A DNA stretch of 45,100 bases from Archangium sp. (GTDB lineage: Bacteria > Myxococcota > Myxococcia > Myxococcales > Myxococcaceae): contig JANLPS010000057.1 in the NCBI GenBank assembly GCA_031367385.1, forward strand, positions 1 through 45,100, read 5' to 3'. How positions within the stretch are numbered: position 1 is the stretch's first letter; every line of letters starts with the position of its first letter. Under the pieces are notes generated by a model. The model was not told the DNA's origin and searched no databases. It saw only the letters and a list, made by a program, of their open reading frames with translations. Of this stretch, positions 35,412 to 44,243 are shown in pieces. The translations under genes were made by a program, and so were the position numbers.

Positions 35412-35740
35412 ACGTCAGGGCAGTCGCGCATGCCGTCGTCGAACCACTTCTGAATCACGCTCTTCTGCGCGTCGGTCAGGGCAGGGTTGCGCAGGGAGCC
35501 GACGTCGGCGGCGCCCGCTTTCCACGGAGGCATCGTGCCGGCCTTGACGTTGGCGGTGAGCGCCGCTCCGTACGTCTTGGCGTTGGCGTAGCTGGTCAGG
35601 GCGAAGGGCGCGATGCCCCCTTCGACGTGGCAGTTCGTGCAGCGGCCCTCGATGATCGGTCGCACGTCGCGGTGCCATGTGGGGCCGGCATTGCCACACG
35701 CTGCCAGCATCAAACCGACGGAGATCTCGAGCGGTCGCAT
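35408..35740 (-). CDS. Lipoprotein cytochrome c-like domain, probably a truncated remnant of a larger protein
   Basis: Lipobox LAAC; PTWHRDVRPIIEGRCTNCH..GGIAPFAL...MPPW...IQKW. The ORF ends shortly after, with its stop overlapping the convergent gene's stop. Confidence 0.7.
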   Translation of the reverse strand: MRPLEISVGLMLAACGNAGPTWHRDVRPIIEGRCTNCHVEGGIAPFALTSYANAKTYGAALTANVKAGTMPPWKAGAADVGSLRNPALTDAQKSVIQKWFDDGMRDCPDV

Positions 35741-35942
35741 TGGACGCCGCGCGTAACAAAGCCACAGGCCCTGCACAAACCCTGGCATCACCACACGCCA
35801 AGTCGTGGCCGTGAGCACTGGAGTGGACACGCCTACATGTGGGGTACGGAGCCCACGGGCGTAGAGGGCAGGACACACCAGGTTTGCGCTATGGTCACGC
35901 TCCGAAGTGCAACGCCCCATGGCGATCTCGTTTGATCAGAAG

Positions 35943-35958
35943 TGGGCATCAATTTGCA
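35943..35958 (+). promoter_or_regulatory. Possible sigma54 (-24/-12) promoter
   Basis: TGGGCATCAATTTGCA has exact GG-N10-GC spacing. Predicted +1 is ~35969, next to ATG 35970. Confidence 0.35.
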
Positions 35959-35969
35959 CGGCACACCTT

Positions 35970-37739
35970 ATGAGACTGTTCCTTCTCTCTGCTGCGGCGC
36001 TCTGGGCCGCCAGTGCCCTCGCGGCTCCACTGCCGAGATGCGAGACACCCGCGGGCGACGCGGGCGTGACCAACGACGTGATGGCGTCGACGCGCGTGTT
36101 GCGCCGCGTCGTGCTCTCGCTCACCGGCAAGACGCCGACCGCTGAAGCGTACGAAGCCTTGCTGGCGGCTCCAGAAGCGGGGCGCCAAGCCCTCATCGAC
36201 AAGGCCATCGACGACTCGATGAAGTCGACCGACTTTTACGAGACCATGATGGGCTTCGCCCACGATTGGATACCAGTCGCGCGCTATGCGGTCGGCTACG
36301 GCGACTCGTACCAGGGTGACATGGCGGGTCACATCAAGCAGTGCGGTGGCGGCAGCGCGCATGAAGGCGCCTGGGCCCTGATGGACGACAGCGGCGGAGC
36401 GCAGTGCAAAGACCCGAGCGTTCAAGAGGTATCGGTCGAGCCTTGGTGGGCGCCGGGCACGACCGTCAAGGTCATCGGCCGCGCCGCGCTCACGGCTCCA
36501 ACGTCGGTCGACGAGAAGGGCAACCCCATCGCCGACTGCGGGCTTCTCTACGGCGGGTATTACGACGCGTCACCCAGCGGCGGGTGCGGGTGCGGCCCGA
36601 ACCTCATCTGGTGCTACCAGGCTTACGGGTTGGGCGGTGCCGCCGGCGAAGACCCGCGCTTTGGCGCTCGGCAGGCGTACGAAGAGCCCGCTCGGCTGCT
36701 CGCGCATCTGGTCTGGTACGACCGGCCGCTGTCAGACCTCGTATTGGGCAACTACACGGTGGCCCCCAACAGCTTGCGTCACCTCTACGTGCGCATGGCT
36801 CGGCAGATGGGCCTGAAGACCCCCGACGCCACCGCCACCTGGTGGAAGGCGGGCGACGACGCATCGCCGCGCGACCCCTTACACCCCATGAAGAGCGACC
36901 CCTACGCGTGGCGAGAAGTGGTGACCGAGACGCTCAACCCGTACCTGCTCTCGCTCGCGGGCAATTCGCCTTCTGCGAGCGACACGCGCACCTACAAATA
37001 CGACCCGACCACGACGAAAGAAGCGCCCCTCGGCCTCCCCGCGGCGGGGGTGCTGACGATGATGGGCTCGTATGGGTCGCTGCCCCGCGAGCGCGTGCGT
37101 GCGGCGCGCTACCTCGAGACCTTCGCCTGCTCGAACTTCGCGCCCCCCTCGGTCGACCAGACGTTTCCTCCCTATGCCGGAGACCCCGCGACCTCGGGCA
37201 CCTGCATGCACTGCCACCGCACGCTCGACCCGGCAGCCATCTTCTTCAAGCGGTGGGACTACGGGCAGCGTCAGTCGTACTACGTGCCGTGGCCCCTCAT
37301 CCCCGGAGTGGGGAACGCGCGCGTCATCCCCGAGATGCTGAGCTACCAGTACCCGTACTCCTCGCTGCCGTACGTGCGGTGGGCCGACGCTTTTCGGCCG
37401 AACACGGTGATGACGCCGGTGACCCAGGCGCAAATCACGGCCAACCCCGAGGTCATTTTTCTCGACACCATGCCCCAGAGCTACACGCTGCTCGGCGTGC
37501 ACGGTGATGGCACGATGGGCCCCTTAGGCTTCGGCAAGGTGGTGGTCAGCTCAGGCGAGTTCGACCGCTGTGCAGCACGGCGCATGTACGAAAAATTCGT
37601 CGGCCGGCCGCTCGACCCTGCTTCTGAGACCCGGTACATCGACGCGCTCGCCGCCCAGTTTCGAGACAAGAACGGGCGCAAGGCGCGCGACTTCATTCGC
37701 TACCTGATGACCCTGCCTGAGTTTCGGAGGGGCCTGTGA
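35970..37739 (+). CDS. Exported Cys-rich monoheme protein with DUF1549-like N-terminal and DUF1588/DUF1585-like C-terminal motifs
   Basis: Sec signal ending ALA; LRRVVLSLTGKTPT; CGCGPNLIWC; AGVLT; CMHCHRTLDP; C-terminal FDRCAARR...GRPL...FIRYLMTLPEFR. Confidence 0.78.
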   Translation: MRLFLLSAAALWAASALAAPLPRCETPAGDAGVTNDVMASTRVLRRVVLSLTGKTPTAEAYEALLAAPEAGRQALIDKAIDDSMKSTDFYETMMGFAHDWIPVARYAVGYGDSYQGDMAGHIKQCGGGSAHEGAWALMDDSGGAQCKDPSVQEVSVEPWWAPGTTVKVIGRAALTAPTSVDEKGNPIADCGLLYGGYYDASPSGGCGCGPNLIWCYQAYGLGGAAGEDPRFGARQAYEEPARLLAHLVWYDRPLSDLVLGNYTVAPNSLRHLYVRMARQMGLKTPDATATWWKAGDDASPRDPLHPMKSDPYAWREVVTETLNPYLLSLAGNSPSASDTRTYKYDPTTTKEAPLGLPAAGVLTMMGSYGSLPRERVRAARYLETFACSNFAPPSVDQTFPPYAGDPATSGTCMHCHRTLDPAAIFFKRWDYGQRQSYYVPWPLIPGVGNARVIPEMLSYQYPYSSLPYVRWADAFRPNTVMTPVTQAQITANPEVIFLDTMPQSYTLLGVHGDGTMGPLGFGKVVVSSGEFDRCAARRMYEKFVGRPLDPASETRYIDALAAQFRDKNGRKARDFIRYLMTLPEFRRGL

Positions 37740-38785
37740 GCGCCCGCTCGATTCAATGGGGCCTGGCCCTCGCGCTGGCAGTCGGTGCCGTCGGCTGCAC
37801 CGGCAACATCATCGGCGTCGGTTCAACCACGCCCTCTGGGGGCACCGGGGCGGGCGCAGGCGGCCCCACTTGCGCGGTGAGCCGCAACGATGAGGTGCGC
37901 TTGGCGATGCAAGGCGCCTGCGTCGCGTGCCACGCCGCGGGCACCAAGCCGTTCTTCGCCTCGCTCGAGGCCTTCGAGAATGGCCTCGTGTGGAACCCGA
38001 AGTACGTGACCCCCGGTGACCCAGACTCGAGCTATCTCGTCGCGTTGCTCGAAGGCAAAGGCACCGGCACCTACCCGCAAATGCCGCAAGGCGTGACCTA
38101 TACCGCGCAGGTCGATGCGCACGTCGCCACCATCTCGCTCGCCGAGATCAAGACGTGGCTCAAGGAGCTGCCTGCCGCCCCGACCAGCGCAGAGCCGTCG
38201 GCCGCAGCGTTCACCGTTCGCCGCCTCACCGCCGAAGAGATGATCTTCGGGCTGATGTCACAGCTCGACTTGAGCCTCGCCGACTTCGCGATGAACCCCG
38301 ACACGTCGGGCAACAGCGGTGACTTGAGCTTCAGCTATGACCACCTGGCGGTGTGGCCGGTCGACTGGGCGCCTGGCATTCGCAACTACTACGGCAGCGA
38401 TTCGCGCGCCGGTGAACGCTTTCTGGCCCTCGGTGGGCCCAACACCAACTTTCAGCGCAAGCGCGACAGCACGTTGGCCCCAGCGGCGGTGGGCACGCTC
38501 GTGCAGGTTTCGCAGGCGTGGTGCAACGTCGCCTTGCAGAAGCGCAGCAAGAATCTCCTTCGCTACGTCACGTTGACCGACACCAGCAAGACCAACCCGA
38601 GCGCGATCAAAAAGAACATCGGCCAGCTCTACCTGCGCATGCTCGCCGAGCCGCCCACCGAGGCAGACGTCGATCATCTCTACGACGACCTCTACGTGCC
38701 GCTCGAGACCTCGAAAGACACCTCCACCGCGTGGACCGGGGTGTGCGCAGCGCTGGTGCGCAACCCCCTCTGGCTCACCTACTGA
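37736..38785 (+). CDS. Lipoprotein c-type cytochrome (planctomycete cytochrome c-like N-domain)
   Basis: GTGA overlap with the upstream gene; lipobox AVGC; CVACH; VTPGDPDSSYL...QMP; VRRLT; C-terminal LYLRMLAEPPT...AWTGVCAAL. Confidence 0.82.
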   Translation: MSARSIQWGLALALAVGAVGCTGNIIGVGSTTPSGGTGAGAGGPTCAVSRNDEVRLAMQGACVACHAAGTKPFFASLEAFENGLVWNPKYVTPGDPDSSYLVALLEGKGTGTYPQMPQGVTYTAQVDAHVATISLAEIKTWLKELPAAPTSAEPSAAAFTVRRLTAEEMIFGLMSQLDLSLADFAMNPDTSGNSGDLSFSYDHLAVWPVDWAPGIRNYYGSDSRAGERFLALGGPNTNFQRKRDSTLAPAAVGTLVQVSQAWCNVALQKRSKNLLRYVTLTDTSKTNPSAIKKNIGQLYLRMLAEPPTEADVDHLYDDLYVPLETSKDTSTAWTGVCAALVRNPLWLTY

Positions 38786-38816
38786 TGATCTCGCCCATTC
38801 AAGAGAGCACCACGCC

Positions 38817-40418
38817 ATGACCCGACTCAACACCACCCGACGTCAGTTGCTCAAAGTCGGCCTGGGGCTCTCACAGGTCGCCCTGCTCGAGCGCTTTGGT
38901 CTGCGGTCGACCCCGGCGTACGCACAGCCCACCGATGGCCCGACGAAGTTGGTCACCCTCTACATGCAGGGCGGCTACCGGCCTCAGTTCTACTGGTGGG
39001 GGCAAGACGACGCGATGGTCGACATCACGGTGCCTCCGCGAAGTGACTTCGCAGGCGAGCCGGTCTTCTTCAGCGCCAGCGATCTCGCCGATCTGGGCGG
39101 CACCAACGGCAACTACAAACCCCTTCGACTGTGGAAGTCGTGGAGCGACGCCGACCCCTCGATGAGAAACGACGGGGTGCACACGCCGATGATGTACGGG
39201 TGGAAGCACTTCGATCTCGCGGGTCAAACCTGCGTGCTCCATGGCGTCGACCAGGGCTCGAACGCGCACGGCAGCGCCTACGTCGCCTCGATGTGCGGAG
39301 TTGCCGGAGGTGACTACCGCGCCCCAGCCCTGCAATCGGTCGTGGCCAATCACTTTTACGAACGGTTTCGCGACACGCGCCCGCTGCCCTGCGTGACGGT
39401 CAATTCGTACGGCATGCCGGTGGCGACGGGGTTGCCGTCTGCGGCGGCTCCGATTCTGGTGCCGACCATCGAGGCGCTCAAGCCGGCGCTCTCGGGCAAA
39501 GCCGCCGACAACTGGTGGTGGTCGGGCCTCGAAGACCGGGTCTCGCGACCTGACTACGACGTGCGCGGCCATGCCACGGGTGGCATGATCTCGACCACCC
39601 AACTCGAGAACTTCAGCATCGGCGAAGTGGCCAAGCGCATGGGTCACTCGACGCCGAAAGTCGACAGCTACCTCGAGGGCATTCACGGCAGCTTGCGAGG
39701 GGTGAGCAAGGCCCTGGCAGCCGACGTGGTCAGCGTCTTGGGCAAGATCAACGGCACTGAGTGGCTCGAGGCGAACCACCCTGACTACCTGAAGAAGTAC
39801 TTCAACAACCCCTTCGGCTATTCGTTCGGCGCAGCGAACTTTCACCAGACCCAGCTCGAGCCGACCCTGGGCATGGCGCTGCGGCTGCTCAAGTCTGACC
39901 TCTGCACGGCGGTGCACACGGCCATTCAAAGCCCCTACTACGACAGCCACAGTGGGCAGGGAGGCCAGATGTTCAGCTGCGCCCAAGGCCGCGCGGAGAT
40001 GGACTGCCTCGCTCGCTTCATCGGAGAGCTCAAGAACACGCCGGCGCCGGGCAAGCCTGGCAAGACGTTGCTCGACGACACGCTGGTGATCATTCACAGC
40101 GAATTTGCGCGCAGCTGGGCGTACGGCCGAACCCAATCAGACCCCAGCAGCTGGGGCTACCCTGATGACCATCACCCGATCACCTCGCTGACCTATTGCG
40201 GCGGCAACATCGCGGGCCAGCGCCAGGTCGGCAGCTACCAGTCGAACGGCATCGGCACCGACGTCGACATCATTGAGGAGAATGGGCAAGCCAGCAAACG
40301 CATGCCCCGCGCGTCAGATGCGACGGCCACGGCCCTGCGGGTGATGGGGCTCAAGTTCGACGAGTTCTTCATACCCGGTGGGTTCGGCGAGGTCGTCGGC
40401 ATTCGAAAAGATGGGTGA
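38817..40418 (+). CDS. Tat-exported DUF1501-like protein
   Basis: Twin-arginine TTRRQLLK; LVTLYMQGG; YDSH; LLDDTLVIIHSEFAR; DHHP; GGNIAG. Confidence 0.8.
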   Translation: MTRLNTTRRQLLKVGLGLSQVALLERFGLRSTPAYAQPTDGPTKLVTLYMQGGYRPQFYWWGQDDAMVDITVPPRSDFAGEPVFFSASDLADLGGTNGNYKPLRLWKSWSDADPSMRNDGVHTPMMYGWKHFDLAGQTCVLHGVDQGSNAHGSAYVASMCGVAGGDYRAPALQSVVANHFYERFRDTRPLPCVTVNSYGMPVATGLPSAAAPILVPTIEALKPALSGKAADNWWWSGLEDRVSRPDYDVRGHATGGMISTTQLENFSIGEVAKRMGHSTPKVDSYLEGIHGSLRGVSKALAADVVSVLGKINGTEWLEANHPDYLKKYFNNPFGYSFGAANFHQTQLEPTLGMALRLLKSDLCTAVHTAIQSPYYDSHSGQGGQMFSCAQGRAEMDCLARFIGELKNTPAPGKPGKTLLDDTLVIIHSEFARSWAYGRTQSDPSSWGYPDDHHPITSLTYCGGNIAGQRQVGSYQSNGIGTDVDIIEENGQASKRMPRASDATATALRVMGLKFDEFFIPGGFGEVVGIRKDG

Positions 40419-40510
40419 CGCGCCACGCAGCTCACTCCGGCTGGTCAACGACGGGGGTCTGCGTCACGACAGGGTCGCTGGGTCGCGATGCTGAATTGCG
40501 ATGCAACTCG

Positions 40511-40524
40511 TTGATTTGCGTCAA
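40511..40524. promoter_or_regulatory. FNR/CRP-family binding-site-like palindrome
   Basis: TTGAT-ttgc-GTCAA matches 9/10 of TTGAT-N4-ATCAA and extends to CGTTGA...TCAACG. It lies ~80 bp upstream of ATG 40603. Confidence 0.45.
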
Positions 40525-40602
40525 CGACAGCCGCTGCATCGGCCCCCGCTTTTGCTGAACGAGGTGACAACCCATCGCTGGCCATCGATACTCGCGCCCT
40601 TC

Positions 40603-41157
40603 ATGCACGCTCTGGCGTTGGCGGCGGCCCTGGTCATGACGCAGGGTCGAGGCGACCCGAATTCGGTCACGCTCTACGAGTATGACGATGGCAGCGGGCC
40701 TCAGCAGGTCGAGCGACTGCAAGACGTGCCGAAGAAGTATCGGGCTCGCGCGAAGCTGGTCACCGCGACCACGGTCGAGTCTCCCTCGGTGGTGCCTGAG
40801 CGGGGCTCGGCCCCGAAAAATTCTCTGAATCAGCCAAGCCGCCAAGGGCCGGAGCCCCGCCCTGAGCCAGGGGCACCGCGGGTCAGCTGCTCATGGAGCG
40901 CCAGCGTGCGCGCCAATGTCACCTCATGCCGAAACGACAGTGACTGCGGCGGCGGCACCTGCATCGGCGGCGGCTGCGTGAAGGGCGGCACCCGCCAGGG
41001 CTACACCGCACGCGAAGTCGGCGGCAAACAGTGGACGGGGACGTACTCGAACAATGGTCAGCTCGCGGCGGTGCGCAACGAATGTGAGAACCATGCCCGG
41101 TCGAAGGCCGGTGAAGCAGACGTCACCTGCTCGTGCTCGATCGACCGCGCTCCATGA
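40603..41157 (+). CDS. Exported Cys-rich hypothetical protein
   Basis: Hydrophobic N-terminus; YEYDDGSG...VPKKYR; CRNDSDCGGGTCIGGGC; C-terminal CSC. Its stop overlaps the ABC ATPase start (ATGA). Confidence 0.7.
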   Translation: MHALALAAALVMTQGRGDPNSVTLYEYDDGSGPQQVERLQDVPKKYRARAKLVTATTVESPSVVPERGSAPKNSLNQPSRQGPEPRPEPGAPRVSCSWSASVRANVTSCRNDSDCGGGTCIGGGCVKGGTRQGYTAREVGGKQWTGTYSNNGQLAAVRNECENHARSKAGEADVTCSCSIDRAP

Positions 41158-41945
41158 CTGACGAACAGGTGGGGGCGGCGGCGGTCGAGGCGCGCGGGCT
41201 CGTCAAGCGCTTCGGTGACTTCACCGCGGTCGATGCCCTGTCGATGACCATACCCCGCGGGGCGTTCTACGCCTTCTTGGGCCCCAACGGCGCGGGCAAG
41301 TCGACCACCATCTCGCTGCTCACGGGCATCTACGCCCCCGACGGCGGCTCGATGCGCATCTTGGGCCTCGACGCCCTCGCCGAGCCGCTCAAGGTCAAGA
41401 GCCACGTCGGCGTGGTGCCCGAAGAGCTCTCGTTGTTCGAGCGGCTCACTGGCCGGCAGTACCTGACCTTCTGCGGGCGAATGCACGGCCTGGGCGGCGA
41501 GGTCTCGGCGACCCGCGCCCAAGAGCTGCTCGCGCTCACCGAGCTGACCGTCAAGGCCGACGTGCTGGTCGCGGAGTACTCGAAGGGCATGCGCAGACGC
41601 CTCGCCATCGCCGCCGCACTGATTCACGCGCCAGAGCTGGTGCTGCTCGATGAACCCTTCGAAGGCATCGACGTGCTTGCCGCTGGAGTGATTCGCGAGC
41701 TGCTCTCAGAGCTCTCGCGCCGCGGAGTGACCCTGTTGCTCACCACCCACGTGCTCGAGATCGCCGACCGCCTCGCCACCCACGCAGGCATCATTCGCGC
41801 CGGCACGCTGGTCGACGAGGGCAGCGTGGGCGAGCTCAAGGAGCGCTACCACGCACCGTCGCTCGAGAAGGTCTTCGAGCAGTTGATTGGCGTGCCCGCG
41901 TCGAGAAACGCGAGCCTCTCGTTCTATGCCTCGAGCGTGCCGTGA
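41154..41945 (+). CDS. ABC transporter ATP-binding protein (ABC-2/CcmA-like exporter)
   Basis: GPNGAGKST, signature YSKGM, LLDEPFEGID, TTH. Confidence 0.95.
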   Translation: MTDEQVGAAAVEARGLVKRFGDFTAVDALSMTIPRGAFYAFLGPNGAGKSTTISLLTGIYAPDGGSMRILGLDALAEPLKVKSHVGVVPEELSLFERLTGRQYLTFCGRMHGLGGEVSATRAQELLALTELTVKADVLVAEYSKGMRRRLAIAAALIHAPELVLLDEPFEGIDVLAAGVIRELLSELSRRGVTLLLTTHVLEIADRLATHAGIIRAGTLVDEGSVGELKERYHAPSLEKVFEQLIGVPASRNASLSFYASSVP

Positions 41946-43621
41946 CGGTCTCCACCGGGCGTCGGGTGGCCGCCGTGAAGACTCCGGGCTTCTTCGAGCA
42001 CCTGCGCTTGCTGTGGGGGCTGCGGCTCGACATCGGTCTCAACCAGGGCAGCGGGCACCGTCGGCCACTCGCGGTGTTGGGGTTCTTGGCTTCGAGCGCT
42101 CCGGCAGTGGGGTTGGTGATTTTCTTCTACCGGCTGGTTCGAGCGGCCGGTCAGTCGTCATTCGAGCTGTGGCCCGACTTCATCGTTCGGCTGCTCTGCT
42201 TCGTGACGACTTGCGTCTGGGTCATCTGGCCGGTGATGTCGGCCGGAGTCGATGATCACAGTGAGATCTCCCGCTACGCCTCGTTTCCCATCTCGTCGTT
42301 TCGGTTGATGTTGGCCTCGACGCTCGCGAGCCTGTTCGAGCCCCGCGCCCTGGTGTTCTACGGCCCACTACTCGGCGCCTCGCTGGGCTACCTCGCCGAG
42401 CGCCCCGGTCACTTCACCGCGCTCAACCTGCTCGCCTTCATGGCCTATGTGCTGATGAACGCGTCGCTCTCGCGGGTCGGGCTGCATGTGGTGCTCAACG
42501 TGCTTCGCCAACCCCGCAGCGCCGAGCTGCTCGGAGGCGGCTTCGTGGTGATGCTCATCGCCGCCAGCTTCATTCCTCCGGTCGACACTTCGTGGCTCAC
42601 CCGGGTGCGAGACTTGGGCGTCGACGCGGTGCCCGATGCGCTGGTCGCCAACGCCACGGTCGCCCTCGGCCGATTTCCCACCGGGTATTTCGCGCATGGG
42701 TTGCTGATGAGCGCGAACGGGTGGTTCGCGCCGACGCTGGCTGACGCCTTGGCACTGGTGGAGCTCACCATGCTCGCACTGGTGGTGGCGTGGGGGCTGC
42801 TGCTCCAGTTTCACCGGCACTCCGGGCGTGGGGGCGCGCAGTCGGCCACCGCCCGAACCACCAACCCCTTCGCGACCACGCAAACCACCTTCGCGACGCT
42901 GGTGGCCCGCGAAGCGCTCGACCTGTGGAACAACCCGCGCGCGCGGCTGCTGGCCTCGGTGCCGTTCGTGCTGGGCATTCTGCTCAAGCTGCTCTCGGGG
43001 CGTGACCTCTTCGTCTTCTTCTTCGGTGCCACCGCCGACGCCTGGGTGCTCGGGAGCCTCGCGGTCTACGGCGCCATCGTGCTGGCCTCGACCTTCTCGC
43101 AGAACGCCTTTGCGTATGACGGGCAGGGCTTCTCGGTGTTCCTGACGTCTCCGCTCGAGCTGGGGTTGGTGCTCAAGGCCAAGAACACCGTGCATGCGTT
43201 GGCGGGCGCGGTGATGGGCACTTTGGTGATTGTCTTCTACGTCGCGTACTTTCGAACCGGCGCGCTGACCGACGTGCTCTGCGCGGTGCTGGCGGTCACC
43301 ACCCTCGTGCCCGTGCTGCTCACTGGCGGCAATTTCTTGAGCGTCTTCTTCCCCGTGAAGTTTCACGCGAACTTGAAGCGCCGCGACAAGCTGCCATTCA
43401 TCGCGTCGATGTTGGGGGTTGCCGCGGCCTCGCTCGGCACTGCGCCCTTTGCCTGGGGCCTGCGCGCGGTGGGCACCACCGGGCCGACGGTGATGACCCT
43501 GCTCACTCTGGCATTGGCCACGCTGGCCGCGTGGGGCTTGTACGCGGTGACCTTGCCGCTCGCGCTTCGGCTGCTTGGGCAACGCCGCGAGCTGATCTTG
43601 AGAGCCGTCACCCGAGAGTGA
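41942..43621 (+). CDS. ABC exporter membrane subunit (multi-TM)
   Basis: GTGA overlap with the ATPase gene, more than 10 hydrophobic segments, NAFAYDG...LKAKN motif. Confidence 0.85.
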   Translation: MTVSTGRRVAAVKTPGFFEHLRLLWGLRLDIGLNQGSGHRRPLAVLGFLASSAPAVGLVIFFYRLVRAAGQSSFELWPDFIVRLLCFVTTCVWVIWPVMSAGVDDHSEISRYASFPISSFRLMLASTLASLFEPRALVFYGPLLGASLGYLAERPGHFTALNLLAFMAYVLMNASLSRVGLHVVLNVLRQPRSAELLGGGFVVMLIAASFIPPVDTSWLTRVRDLGVDAVPDALVANATVALGRFPTGYFAHGLLMSANGWFAPTLADALALVELTMLALVVAWGLLLQFHRHSGRGGAQSATARTTNPFATTQTTFATLVAREALDLWNNPRARLLASVPFVLGILLKLLSGRDLFVFFFGATADAWVLGSLAVYGAIVLASTFSQNAFAYDGQGFSVFLTSPLELGLVLKAKNTVHALAGAVMGTLVIVFYVAYFRTGALTDVLCAVLAVTTLVPVLLTGGNFLSVFFPVKFHANLKRRDKLPFIASMLGVAAASLGTAPFAWGLRAVGTTGPTVMTLLTLALATLAAWGLYAVTLPLALRLLGQRRELILRAVTRE

Positions 43622-43670
43622 CAACATGTCAGGCCTGCTTGATAGAGCGTCTGCACACAGGAGCGCGGGC

Positions 43671-44243
43671 ATGGACCGGATCGAAACGATGCTGAACGAA
43701 AACTTGAGGCTGATTGATGTCGCTCAGTACGAGCGGCTCTCGCAGCAGGGTGAGTTCGACGGTGAGCGGGTCGAGCTGATTCGAGGGCGGGTGGTGCGTA
43801 TGGCGGCGATGGGGCCCCTTCACGGGTGGGCGATTCAGAGGTTGACGATGATGCTGACCGAGTCTTTTGGAAAGGTCGCCGATGTTCGGGTGCAGCTGCC
43901 GCTCTACGTGAGCGACGACACCATGCCGCAGCCTGATTTCATCTTGGTGCCCAAAGCTCCAGAGCCGGTCGGGCACCCGAAGAAGGCCTACTTGGTCATC
44001 GAGGTGGCGCAGAGCTCGCTGCGCTTCGACCGGGTGGTGAAGGCGCCGCTCTACGCGGGCGGGCCGGCGAAAGAATACTGGGTGGTCGACCTTCAGGCCC
44101 GCGCGCTCGAGGTCTACCGCAAGCCGAAGCACGGGGCCTACACCGAGCGGTTTCGCCTGCATCGAGACGATGCCATCGCGCCGCTCGCCTTCCCGAAGAT
44201 CGAGGTCGCGCTTCGAGAGTTCTTGCCGAAGAAGAGCCGCTAA
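43671..44243 (+). CDS. Uma2 (DUF820) family putative endonuclease
   Basis: RVELIRG, GPLH, PQPD, LVIEVAQSS, KAPLYA, EYWVVDL. Confidence 0.9.
   Translation: MDRIETMLNENLRLIDVAQYERLSQQGEFDGERVELIRGRVVRMAAMGPLHGWAIQRLTMMLTESFGKVADVRVQLPLYVSDDTMPQPDFILVPKAPEPVGHPKKAYLVIEVAQSSLRFDRVVKAPLYAGGPAKEYWVVDLQARALEVYRKPKHGAYTERFRLHRDDAIAPLAFPKIEVALREFLPKKSR

Noticed and set aside
43671..44243. Uma2 gene as part of a restriction or mobile system
   Set aside because: It is solitary with no methylase or mobility genes, and Uma2 paralogues are commonly scattered in such genomes.
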